From Nitrospirae bacterium MYbin3 (GTDB taxonomy: Bacteria > Nitrospirota > Thermodesulfovibrionia > Thermodesulfovibrionales > Dissulfurispiraceae), in the NCBI GenBank assembly GCA_002753335.1, contig PEAD01000028.1, positions 1 to 38,359 of the forward strand: 38,359 nt of DNA, in the 5' to 3' direction. Under the pieces are notes generated by a model. It had not been told where the DNA came from, did not search any database, and was given only the letters and a program-made list of their open reading frames with translations. The position numbers and the translations under genes were made by a program. How positions within the stretch are numbered: position 1 is the stretch's first letter; each line of letters opens with the position of its first letter. Below, piece after piece: positions 1 through 8,456 of the stretch.

Positions 1-10
1 GAAGCATGCA

Positions 11-1378
11 CTAATACGGCAGCATCATCCAGACCTCTTTTCCCATCGCCCCTCCCAGATGCCCCACCGCTGTATCCACAGCCACTATCAGGTCAAGGCT
101 GCTTATCAATCCAGCAGTATCTTCAAAGCTTCGTATCTCTTCAGTAAAATCTATTAACTTGGGATGAACTCCTCCAGCTTTGTTCAATACCTGAAGGTTG
201 TAGAAATCTATACCGTGAATATCCAACAACTGCTTCATAACTTCAAACCCGCAGGACCTGTTTCTGTCATTTCTGTGCTCAGGGTTGCCTGCCCAGCTTA
301 TGCCCACCTTTAGTCTGTCCTTATTGCCACCGATTCTTTTTTTCCATTTGGCAATTATTTCTTCAGATGGCCTTATGTAAGGAATGTTCGCAGGTATGCT
401 TGAAAGCTCGGTCTTAAACGCAAGGGGCAGGCTCAAAACAGGACAGTGGAGGTCAAAATCAGGTATGGCTTCTCCTTTTGACACTGCTGCATTTACCCCT
501 TCGGTATTTTTCAAAAGAGATACTAGGGCAGGCTGGCATTCAACGATAACCTTAGCTCCCATCTGTGCAATCAAAGGGGCGTATCGTATGAACTGTAGTG
601 TATCACCGTAACCCTGTTCTGCATGAAGGAGTATGGTTTTGCCCTTAATATCAGAACCGTCCCAGCGAGGTTGCGAGAAGTCTCTGCGGTGTACAAGGTA
701 ATCTCCTTTTTTCCAGCGCCATTCGTGCTCTTCCCATCCTTCTTTAAAATTCCCAAGCAATAAAAGCGTCAGCGCCCTGTTGAAATGGGCTTCGGGATAG
801 TCAGGATTTATTTCAAGGCTCTTGCTGTGCCATATTAGCGCCTCTTTAGGCAGTTTCTTTTCTTTTAGTGCTGTTGCCATATTAGTGCATGCTTCAAAAT
901 TGTCAGGCGAAATTATTAAGGCGTTTTTGTAGCATTCCAAGGCATTATCTAGCAGATTCATGTACATAAAGGTATTGCCCAAATTTATGTGTGCTTTAAT
1001 GTTTGCAGGTGAGAGTTTGATCGCCCTGTTGAACGATTCAATAGCTTTTTGATTTTCCTCTTTTGCAGAGAAGGCAAGCCCCAGGTTAATATGCGCCTCA
1101 ATGTTATTGGGAGCTATCCTCAATGCATTTTGATAGGCAGCAATAGCCGCATTATTATCTTTTGTTTCTAGCAGGGCATTGCCCAGTCCATGATAGGCCA
1201 AGGAGTTTTCCGGATCCAGTTCAAGGGCCTTTTTAAAGCATTTAACAGCCTGCTCATGGTTTCCTGAATCATGAAGTGCATTACCAAGTCCGATAAAGGC
1301 TTCTGGGTTTTGTGGTTCTCTATTTATTCTGATGGTATGAAATTTTATTTTTGCGTCTGTATTTTCAGGGTGGTTCAT
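11..1378 (-). CDS. TPR-repeat + GT-B (GT9-like) glycosyltransferase, FlmG/FlbA-like; C-terminus truncated, probably by a chimeric junction
   Basis: About 6 TPR repeats, then WDG..GKTILLHAEQGYGDTLQF, VGISWAGNP and DLIVAVDTAVGHLGGAMG. It stops at VWMMLPY, whereas paralog 2536..4203 continues about 50 aa further (DWRW...SPWYP). Confidence 0.85.
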   Translation of the reverse strand: MNHPENTDAKIKFHTIRINREPQNPEAFIGLGNALHDSGNHEQAVKCFKKALELDPENSLAYHGLGNALLETKDNNAAIAAYQNALRIAPNNIEAHINLGLAFSAKEENQKAIESFNRAIKLSPANIKAHINLGNTFMYMNLLDNALECYKNALIISPDNFEACTNMATALKEKKLPKEALIWHSKSLEINPDYPEAHFNRALTLLLLGNFKEGWEEHEWRWKKGDYLVHRRDFSQPRWDGSDIKGKTILLHAEQGYGDTLQFIRYAPLIAQMGAKVIVECQPALVSLLKNTEGVNAAVSKGEAIPDFDLHCPVLSLPLAFKTELSSIPANIPYIRPSEEIIAKWKKRIGGNKDRLKVGISWAGNPEHRNDRNRSCGFEVMKQLLDIHGIDFYNLQVLNKAGGVHPKLIDFTEEIRSFEDTAGLISSLDLIVAVDTAVGHLGGAMGKEVWMMLPY

Positions 1379-1384
1379 AATATG

Positions 1385-2539
1385 TTACGAAGTGAGAATT
1401 GTGTAAAAATCCTGTGCTGTCTTGCGCCATGTTGCTTTTGCCATGTCCTGGCCTGCAAGCTCTCCTATTTTTGGTAGAATCGCTCTGTTTTTATATGCCC
1501 ATTCTAGTTTTGCGATAGTTTCATCAAGGCTTGGCTCAAACCATGAGGCTATTTCCCTGTTGTCATCATATATGCTTATCTGTTCCATATCTTCAATTAA
1601 GATAGAATTTTTTTTGTTCAGCACATCTTTATGGCCTGTGTTAAATGAGGCGATCACAGGTTTGCCGCAGGCCATGTATTCCATTAGAACGAGGTTTGTT
1701 CCTCCTTCGCACCTATTAGGAAAAAGTCCGATATCGCTGTTCCGATAGGCTTCAGCCATCAATACATTCGGGTAGGGCGGCAAAATAAAGGCTCTTTGCA
1801 GATTCACTCCATTTCTTACAAGAGTTTCTTTTATAAGGGTGGTATAGTCGTCTGAGTAAATATCGAACTCAATGTGCTGTGACGCTTTCATGGTCGAGAG
1901 GCTTTCGTTCCAGTGGTTAAACCAGCTGTTGACAAGTATGACATCAGGATATTTGTCCTGCATGTGCTTGAACGCCTTGATTACAATGTCCTGGCCTTTT
2001 CTCAGTTCGAATTTACCGCCCGAAAATATGACAAAAAGATCGGTGAAATGCTCCTTGACCGGGGACTTAGAATTGAATATAGCCGGGTCAATACCTTGGA
2101 TGATGGTTGCAACATTGTTGATGCCGTAGTCTCGAAGGACTTCTTCACACCATGTTGAGCCGGTTACTATGATATCAAAAAATCTCTTGCCGTTCTCTAT
2201 GAACGGTGAAGGAATGATGCTTTCTTCGAAGAAGGTATATCCTACATTTCTACTGCCGCGGATATTCGGATGAGTTGATTTCATTGTATTGCTGATTATC
2301 GCATGGAGAACAGGACCTTCAAGATTGAGTTCTGATAAGGTTTTTATGCGTTGATACTCGTCATCCGGCATCATTTTTTCTTTTATAAGTCTGTAATCTG
2401 ATTCATTTCCTATCGAACTCGGATCAATAGGTTCTGATATAAGCATCACCTCTGTTGTAAGAGATAGTTCTTTTACGAGGTATTTGCCGCATACACCCCA
2501 TCCATGATAGCTTCCAACAGGAAGTGTGATATATATCAT
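1385..2539 (-). CDS. Glycosyltransferase family 4 (GT-B, retaining)
   Basis: GGKFELRKGQD, and the FPNRCEGGTNLVLMEYMACGKPVI EX7E-like region; start overlaps the stop of the upstream gene. Confidence 0.88.
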   Translation of the reverse strand: MIYITLPVGSYHGWGVCGKYLVKELSLTTEVMLISEPIDPSSIGNESDYRLIKEKMMPDDEYQRIKTLSELNLEGPVLHAIISNTMKSTHPNIRGSRNVGYTFFEESIIPSPFIENGKRFFDIIVTGSTWCEEVLRDYGINNVATIIQGIDPAIFNSKSPVKEHFTDLFVIFSGGKFELRKGQDIVIKAFKHMQDKYPDVILVNSWFNHWNESLSTMKASQHIEFDIYSDDYTTLIKETLVRNGVNLQRAFILPPYPNVLMAEAYRNSDIGLFPNRCEGGTNLVLMEYMACGKPVIASFNTGHKDVLNKKNSILIEDMEQISIYDDNREIASWFEPSLDETIAKLEWAYKNRAILPKIGELAGQDMAKATWRKTAQDFYTILTS

Positions 2540-4203
2540 TTATATCCGTCCGTTCCGATTAGCTTTTTAAGTTTTGTTGATAATCTAAGAATAAGGTTTT
2601 GCCAATCGTCATTTTTTTCTTTGCGAAATAATAACATTGTTGGATACCATGGGCTGTCATTTCTTTCTAATAACCAACGCCAGTCAGGATCTTCGGGAAT
2701 CAATGTCCAGACAGGCTCACCTAGCGCTCCTGCAAGATGGGCAGAGGCGGTATCGACTGTTATTATCAGCGACAACTGCTCCATAATTGCGGCGGTGTCA
2801 GAAAAATCATTAATCTCTCCGGATAGCTCTATCGGTCTTAAGTTTTCTGGAATGTCCATGATTTCGTTGGCAGCAGCTCCTGTCTGAAGACTAAAGAAAC
2901 TTATTCCGCAATCTTTTAGCGTGAGAAGTGGAAGAAGTGTTTTTAAATCGAGTGAGCGAAATTTGTCTTCCCTGTATGTGGGACTGCCTGCCCATACAAG
3001 TCCGACACGGATAGATTCACCGACAGATTTTATGCGTTCAGACCATTTCCCTATTGTCTTTTCATCCGCTTTTAAATAAGGCACTGATGCAGGTATATTA
3101 TTTTTATTGAATATCCGCGGCAGCGAAAACAGAGCAGAACATAGATCAAAATTAGCTAGTTCAGATTTTCTGGGTGATATGTGATCTATACAATCAATGC
3201 TTCTCATGAGAGATATAAGTTCAGGCTGGCATTCCAATATTATTTTCCCTGCGCCCATCGCTTTTACCATAGGTATATATCTGGCGCATTGTAGCGTATC
3301 GCCATACCCTTGGTCTGCATAAAGTAGAATGGTTTCCCCATTCAGCGTATCTCCGCTCCATTCCTTACAATTTTTGCGACAGTAAACATTTCTTGTTTTT
3401 AACCGCCATTCGTACTCCTGCCAGCCTTCTTCGAAATTTCCGCTAAGCAAAAGGGCAATTGCATAATTAAGATGAGCATCCTCGTTGTCAGGAGATAATT
3501 CGATAGCTTTTCTATAGCAGGTGATGGCCTCTGATATATTGCCGCAGCTTTTAAATGCTGCTCCTAAATTGCTCCAGGCATCCGAATAGTCAGGCTTAAG
3601 TTTTAACGCTTCCCGGTAAATATCTATTGCTTCGCTTATGCTGCCGGTGATTTTTCTAATATTGGCCATATTGTATAAGGCATAGTGGTTATGAGGCTCT
3701 ATGTCCAATGCGTTGTGATAAGAATCCAGCGCATCATCCAATCGGCGCATGGCTGTGAATATATTGCCCATAGTCATATGCGCGGCAGTATAGTTCGGTT
3801 CAATTTTTAAAACTTGTTGAAGGTAATAAAGGGCTTCATCAAAACAGCCTATTTCTTTTAATGCTTCGGCTATATTATTGTAAGCAAGCTTAAATTCAGG
3901 TTCAAGGGCGATCGCCATTTTATAATGAGTAACAGCCTCATCTATATGGCCGCTCTCATAAAGCATATTGGCAAGATTGAAATTTAATTCAGGTGATGTT
4001 GGCGCTGCGATAAGAGCTTTTTTGAAGTATTCTATCGATTTCTCCCTCTCTCCTTTGGTTTTGAAGAGATTGCCTAAATTGTTCAGAATTACAGGATTGG
4101 AAGGGTCTTTCAGAAGTATTGATGAGTAAATATTTTCTGCTGTTGAAAAGTTTCCTGATTCCAGCTCTTTAAGGGCAAGGTTTATATCATTTTCTATGCC
4201 CAT
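2536..4203 (-). CDS. TPR-repeat + GT-B (GT9-like) glycosyltransferase, FlmG/FlbA-like
   Basis: About 7 TPRs, then ILLYADQGYGDTLQ, VGLVWAGSP, ITVDTASAHLAGALG and DWRWLLERNDSPWYP. Confidence 0.88.
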   Translation of the reverse strand: MGIENDINLALKELESGNFSTAENIYSSILLKDPSNPVILNNLGNLFKTKGEREKSIEYFKKALIAAPTSPELNFNLANMLYESGHIDEAVTHYKMAIALEPEFKLAYNNIAEALKEIGCFDEALYYLQQVLKIEPNYTAAHMTMGNIFTAMRRLDDALDSYHNALDIEPHNHYALYNMANIRKITGSISEAIDIYREALKLKPDYSDAWSNLGAAFKSCGNISEAITCYRKAIELSPDNEDAHLNYAIALLLSGNFEEGWQEYEWRLKTRNVYCRKNCKEWSGDTLNGETILLYADQGYGDTLQCARYIPMVKAMGAGKIILECQPELISLMRSIDCIDHISPRKSELANFDLCSALFSLPRIFNKNNIPASVPYLKADEKTIGKWSERIKSVGESIRVGLVWAGSPTYREDKFRSLDLKTLLPLLTLKDCGISFFSLQTGAAANEIMDIPENLRPIELSGEINDFSDTAAIMEQLSLIITVDTASAHLAGALGEPVWTLIPEDPDWRWLLERNDSPWYPTMLLFRKEKNDDWQNLILRLSTKLKKLIGTDGYK

Positions 4204-4237
4204 TGATGGACTTTTAGGATTGCGAAAATTTGCTGTC

Positions 4238-4633
4238 TTAAGGATTTTTAGGAGCTTCTACGGCTGATGCCCTTAAGCCTGCAGCTATATTTATATTGAT
4301 GTTTATTAAAATCGTGAGTTTTTCGGGAGACGGAAATGCGAGAACCTGAAGCGATTGCTTATCAACGAAAGCGCTTAGATTTAAAAGGTCTTCGCGAATG
4401 TTATGGGGTAGTGGGTTTGTACCTTGGGCCAGTTCTGACTGGAATATGCTCCAGATCATCTGATTGTACTTGATTGCGAGTTGAAGCATTTCATCACGGT
4501 CTGCAGCATTCCAGTTATCCTGACATTCTTTGAGAGCCATAGCAGACTTTACCAAGACCGAAGCTTCTAGCTCACGGCCGTTCAGAGTTGTTTTATCAAC
4601 CTGTTTATAAGCATCCAAAGGGTTTGCGGCCAT
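4238..4633 (-). CDS. flaF: Flagellar regulator/chaperone FlaF
   Basis: AY..RELEA.VL, YNQMIWSIFQSEL, NPLPHNIREDLLNLSAFV and LINININIAAGL match FlaF signatures; AGGAGG RBS upstream. Confidence 0.88.
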   Translation of the reverse strand: MAANPLDAYKQVDKTTLNGRELEASVLVKSAMALKECQDNWNAADRDEMLQLAIKYNQMIWSIFQSELAQGTNPLPHNIREDLLNLSAFVDKQSLQVLAFPSPEKLTILINININIAAGLRASAVEAPKNP

Positions 4634-4709
4634 AACCTAAAAATCCTCCTGATAATATTTAGTTGCGCAAAGATTAAAAGACACCATATAGTGCATAGCT
4701 TATTCTAAG

Positions 4710-4736
4710 TTATCGGGATTATTTTGTTCAATTTAA
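4710..4736 (-). promoter_or_regulatory. Sigma28 (FliA) promoter for the flaF-glycosyltransferase operon
   Basis: Minus strand reads TTAA-ATTGAACAAAATAAT-CCCGATAA, versus consensus TAAA-N15-GCCGATAA; about 75 nt upstream of flaF. Confidence 0.7.
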
Positions 4737-4859
4737 CTTTGCCTGAAATAAAAATCATAACCGGGATTGGGAAATGATTATTTTTGCTGTGTTGTGATAT
4801 TCTTAAATGTTTTTGTGTCTGCTATCAAGCATCATTGAATAATACATCAGGAGGGTAAA

Positions 4860-5570
4860 GTGTCAAAAGGTATTTTTACGGGCATGATAATCGCGCTGAT
4901 TTTCATGTCAACAGCATGCGAAGGCGGTAAAGTTGAGGAGAGCCTAAAAAAGGATTTCCCAAAGCTGAAGTTCGAGAGTGTAAAAGAAAGCGAAGTAAAT
5001 GGGCTCTATGAAGTTGTTACTGGAGGAAGGATTCTTTATTACTATCCCAAGAAAGGATACATAGTAGTAGGGCCGATAATAACTAAAGAGTCTGATGGCA
5101 ATGTAAATCTTACCGAAGAGAGAATGAGGCAGCTGTCTAGCGCTAAAGCCAAGGACATACCGGTCAGCAAGGGGATCAAGATCGGCAGCGGAAAGAATGT
5201 GGTCATTGAGTTTACCGATCCTGACTGTCCGTACTGCAGAAAAATGTCAGATTATTTAAAAACGAGGGATGACTTGACCAGGTATGTGTTTATGTTCCCT
5301 CTTACGAATATACACCCTAAAGCTGAGGCAAAATCGAGATATGTCCTCTGTTCATCTGATCAGGCTAAGGCGCTTGAAGAGGTGATGTCAGGAAAGTTTG
5401 ATTCTAAAGACCCTGAGGAATGCAAAGATAAAAAGGGTGCAGAGAAGCTCGAGGAGCAGATAAATATAGCTACGCAGTTAGGAATCAACGGGACCCCGGC
5501 TTTCTACGTAAACGGGAATTTCGTGTCAGGCGCTGACACGAAAAAGTTCGAGAGTTTTCTGAAGAAATAG
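4860..5570 (+). CDS. dsbC: DsbC-family thiol:disulfide isomerase, possibly a lipoprotein
   Basis: GLYEV dimerisation domain, FTDPDCPYC active site, second Cys pair, cis-Pro GTPA motif; signal peptide ending STAC; AGGAGG RBS before GTG start. Confidence 0.88.
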   Translation: MSKGIFTGMIIALIFMSTACEGGKVEESLKKDFPKLKFESVKESEVNGLYEVVTGGRILYYYPKKGYIVVGPIITKESDGNVNLTEERMRQLSSAKAKDIPVSKGIKIGSGKNVVIEFTDPDCPYCRKMSDYLKTRDDLTRYVFMFPLTNIHPKAEAKSRYVLCSSDQAKALEEVMSGKFDSKDPEECKDKKGAEKLEEQINIATQLGINGTPAFYVNGNFVSGADTKKFESFLKK

Positions 5571-5581
5571 CCGCAATATTT

Positions 5582-5617
5582 TACCGGATGCCGAAATTGA
5601 CCTTTCGGCATCCGGTA
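5582..5617. repeat. Perfect 15-bp inverted repeat (possible dsbC terminator or cruciform) with a TTGACC loop
   Basis: TACCGGATGCCGAAA-ttgacc-TTTCGGCATCCGGTA. Confidence 0.9.
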
Positions 5618-5626
5618 TGTCATATT
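5597..5626 (+). promoter_or_regulatory. Putative sigma70 promoter of the fleQ-like gene, predicting a leaderless mRNA
   Basis: TTGACC-N18-CATATT with TGn extension; predicted +1 falls on ATG 5633, which has no RBS. Confidence 0.5.
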
Positions 5627-5632
5627 TATGAC
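5619..5632. promoter_or_regulatory. FleQ-type box GTCA-N6-TGAC (autoregulatory)
   Basis: GTCATATTTATGAC inside the palindrome ATGTCATA-tt-TATGACAT; the same core recurs at 6638 and 20704. Confidence 0.65.
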
Positions 5633-6622
5633 ATGACCGCTTTAGCCCCAATACTGCCCAAAATAGTTGGTACATCAAGAGCGATTAGGCATATCCATGA
5701 AACCATTATAAAAGTAGCAAAATCAGACAGTACAGTTCTTATAACGGGTGAAAGCGGAACCGGCAAGGAGCTTGTTGCCAAGACAATCCATATTAAAAGT
5801 GCTCGTGCCAACAAGCGTTATGTGGCGGTCAACTGCGCCGCTTTTCCTCATGAATTGCTTGAAGCAGAACTGTTTGGCCACGAGAAGGGGGCTTTTACAG
5901 GAGCGGTTGTCAGGCGCACCGGGAGATTTGAGTTCGCAGACGGAGGCACAATTTTTCTTGACGAAATTGGAGATATGCCTCTTACGCTTCAGTCAAAACT
6001 TTTGCGCGTTTTGCAGGAGAGGGCGATAGAAAGACTGGGCGGAAATGATATGATTCCTGTAAACGTTAGAGTAATATCTGCAACGAACAAGAATCTCGAA
6101 GATTCTATCAAACAAGGAAAATTCAGGGAAGATCTTTATCACAGACTGGATGTAATACCCATAGAGATATCTCCTCTCAGGGAGAGGAAAGAGGATATTC
6201 CGCTGCTGTGCAGATTCCTCTTGGACAAGCATGCGGAGAGATTTGGCAGGAATGAAGTGAAACTCAGAGAAGACGCTATGAACTTATTTATCAGCTATGC
6301 CTGGCCGGGCAATGTCAGGGAGATGGAGAATGTCATAGAGAGGCTGCTGGTGTTGAACGAAAATGATTTTATTACGCCGCAGGACCTGCCGGATAAGATG
6401 ACAGGGCAGAAGATGCCTGCTTTACCTGATGGCCCCGAAACTGATGAGGGGTTCAATCCTTTTGTTGGCGGTATTGACTTGAACAGCGCCATAGACGAGT
6501 ACGAGCGGCGTCATATAAATCATGCTTTGGAACTGCACAAAGGTGTAAAGGCTCAGGCTGCAAAGTATCTGAACATAAACAGAACAACCCTTATTGAGAA
6601 GATGAAGCGTCTCGGTATGTAA
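5633..6622 (+). CDS. fleQ: Sigma54 enhancer-binding protein, FleQ/FlrA-like flagellar master regulator lacking the N-terminal domain
   Basis: VGTSRAI, Walker [28 protein letters not shown] and FleQ-like [11 protein letters not shown]. Start moved from 5588, which lies within the hairpin/promoter. Confidence 0.8.
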   Translation: MTALAPILPKIVGTSRAIRHIHETIIKVAKSDSTVLITGESGTGKELVAKTIHIKSARANKRYVAVNCAAFPHELLEAELFGHEKGAFTGAVVRRTGRFEFADGGTIFLDEIGDMPLTLQSKLLRVLQERAIERLGGNDMIPVNVRVISATNKNLEDSIKQGKFREDLYHRLDVIPIEISPLRERKEDIPLLCRFLLDKHAERFGRNEVKLREDAMNLFISYAWPGNVREMENVIERLLVLNENDFITPQDLPDKMTGQKMPALPDGPETDEGFNPFVGGIDLNSAIDEYERRHINHALELHKGVKAQAAKYLNINRTTLIEKMKRLGM

Positions 6623-6637
6623 CCTATTTTTCTTCTT

Positions 6638-6651
6638 GTCATTTATTTGAC
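6638..6651. promoter_or_regulatory. FleQ-type enhancer box
   Basis: GTCATTTATTTGAC, starting 57 bp before the -24 GG. Confidence 0.65.
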
Positions 6652-6675
6652 TCGCTGTTGTATTAACCTCATATA

Positions 6676-6688
6676 AAACAATAAGTTT
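6676..6688. promoter_or_regulatory. IHF-like site
   Basis: AAACAATAAGTTT versus WATCAANNNNTTR; same position (19-20 bp before GG) as at 17522 and 20751. Confidence 0.5.
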
Positions 6689-6693
6689 TGAAT

Positions 6694-6709
6694 TGGCACA
6701 TTTCTTTCA
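6694..6709 (+). promoter_or_regulatory. Sigma54 promoter with non-canonical -12
   Basis: TGGCACATTTCTTTCA: GG-N10-TC instead of GC. Confidence 0.55.
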
Positions 6710-6728
6710 TACTGTATTAGGGATATTT

Positions 6729-8456
6729 ATGTATAAACAGACAGAAAAGAAAATGCCTTGTGCAAAACCAGTCCTGGTTTTTTTAATGGCGATATTGTTT
6801 TTGTCTGTAGCATATGATTTTAGTGCAGCCGAGAACAAAAAGCCTGCAGAGGCCAAGCCTCAATCCGACAATAAGACCGCTGCTGTGAAAGAGATATCTC
6901 CTGAGGTTAAGCTTGAAGAAGCAGAAACTTCATTTAAAAGAAGAGACTATATAAGGTCTCGGCAGATTTTCAAGGAAGTATATCTTAAAGTAAAAGACCC
7001 TGTGCTTTTAGAGCGGTCATTGTGGGGTATCATAAAAAGCGAATATCGTCTTAGGCATTATTTTGAGACCAGAACCTCAATTAAAACGCTTTTTTCGAAC
7101 TTTCCTCGTACTCAATATATCGACGAGGTTTATCTTCTTCTCGGTTATATGTCTATCGATATGAGAGAATACAAAGAGGCTGCTGAATATTTCAAACGTA
7201 TTCAAGGTAATCTGCAGGACAAGGCGTTAATAGGCGAGGCAGAACTTGCGGTTATTCAGGGTGATGAGGTGAGGGCAGAAACCCTTCTGGGTGGAGTGAA
7301 CAAAAAACTCTTCGAGCGTGATCCAAGGGCTTTGTATGTCAGGGCTATGATATCAAGCAGAAAGGGTTTGCATGCTGATGCCGTAAAACTATTCGGCAAG
7401 ATTTATGATGATATTCTCAAGGAGGAAAATCTCAGGGTAAGACATGCTGAGGTTTTGTTTGGTGCCGACAGAGTTAAGGAGTCTGCTCAAAAACTTGAGG
7501 CAATTATTGCAAAGCCTATTTTTTTCAGCGAGGGGGTTGAAGCAAAGAAAGTCCTTTTTTCGGTGTATGAGAAGGAAGGAAAAACTGAAGAGGCGATGAA
7601 GCTGGCCCGCCAGCTTATATCTACTGATGCGCCGGATGATTTCAAATTGCGGCTGGTAGCTTTTTTTGAAAAGAGCGGAAATATAGACAGTGCCGTAAGA
7701 GGCCTTATTTATGTAAAGGCAAAAGAGAAGAGGTATTCCGAGGTTGAGAGAATTTTAAAGGGAGCGGTAGAGTCTAAAGACAATAGATCAGTTGAGTACC
7801 TTCAGAAATATTCTACATATTTATCTCCCAATAATCCTTTTTTTATAGAGGCTGCAAAGTATCTTATAGACAACGGCAAGAAAACAGAGGGTGTAAGTCT
7901 TTTAAATCTTGCAAAGAAAAGCAAGTCAAAAGAAACCGCAATGCTCATGCAGGCCGAGCTTTATATAAGCGAGGACAAGGACAAAGAGGCTGCGAAGATG
8001 CTTGAGCAGATTATTGATATTCAGGAATACAGGTCCCGAGCATCTTTATTGCTTGCTGCCATATTTGTCAAAAAAGGCGAACTAACCCACGCCATAGAAT
8101 ACCTGACTAGATCATTTAGGGACACTAAGGACATAAATACAGCAGTGATGCTTGGCGATTTGTATTGGAAGAAAGATGATCCTATGAGTGCACTCAAACA
8201 TTACCTTTTTGCATCGAAGAGGGGGGATGGGGTTGCATCGGTGAAGGCTGGCGACTGCCTTTATTTTATTGGCAAGGAAAAGAAGGCCGTAACTTTTTAC
8301 GAAAAAGCACTGAAGGGATCCATCAAGGATGCAAGTTCTAAACAATGGGCTGAATATCAGTATGGGAAGTTAACCAAGAATAAGGATTATCTGAAGCGAG
8401 CGGCAAAGGGAGGCGGCGAGATTGGCGAGGCAGCCTCGATGCTGCTTGGGGAATGA
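6729..8456 (+). CDS. Secreted/periplasmic TPR-repeat protein in the flagellar regulatory operon
   Basis: N-terminal hydrophobic signal, BamD/YbgF-like TPR (FPRTQYIDEVYLLLGY), many helical repeats. ATG 6729 chosen because TTG 6693 overlaps the sigma54 promoter. Confidence 0.75.
   Translation: MYKQTEKKMPCAKPVLVFLMAILFLSVAYDFSAAENKKPAEAKPQSDNKTAAVKEISPEVKLEEAETSFKRRDYIRSRQIFKEVYLKVKDPVLLERSLWGIIKSEYRLRHYFETRTSIKTLFSNFPRTQYIDEVYLLLGYMSIDMREYKEAAEYFKRIQGNLQDKALIGEAELAVIQGDEVRAETLLGGVNKKLFERDPRALYVRAMISSRKGLHADAVKLFGKIYDDILKEENLRVRHAEVLFGADRVKESAQKLEAIIAKPIFFSEGVEAKKVLFSVYEKEGKTEEAMKLARQLISTDAPDDFKLRLVAFFEKSGNIDSAVRGLIYVKAKEKRYSEVERILKGAVESKDNRSVEYLQKYSTYLSPNNPFFIEAAKYLIDNGKKTEGVSLLNLAKKSKSKETAMLMQAELYISEDKDKEAAKMLEQIIDIQEYRSRASLLLAAIFVKKGELTHAIEYLTRSFRDTKDINTAVMLGDLYWKKDDPMSALKHYLFASKRGDGVASVKAGDCLYFIGKEKKAVTFYEKALKGSIKDASSKQWAEYQYGKLTKNKDYLKRAAKGGGEIGEAASMLLGE

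Noticed and set aside
1608..1615. T8 tract in the GT4 gene (also at 37772-37779)
   Set aside because: Short A/T runs are expected at this composition, and the frame is intact.
5588..5632. ORF-track N-terminal extension of the activator
   Set aside because: Lies in the hairpin/promoter, has no RBS and does not resemble a domain.
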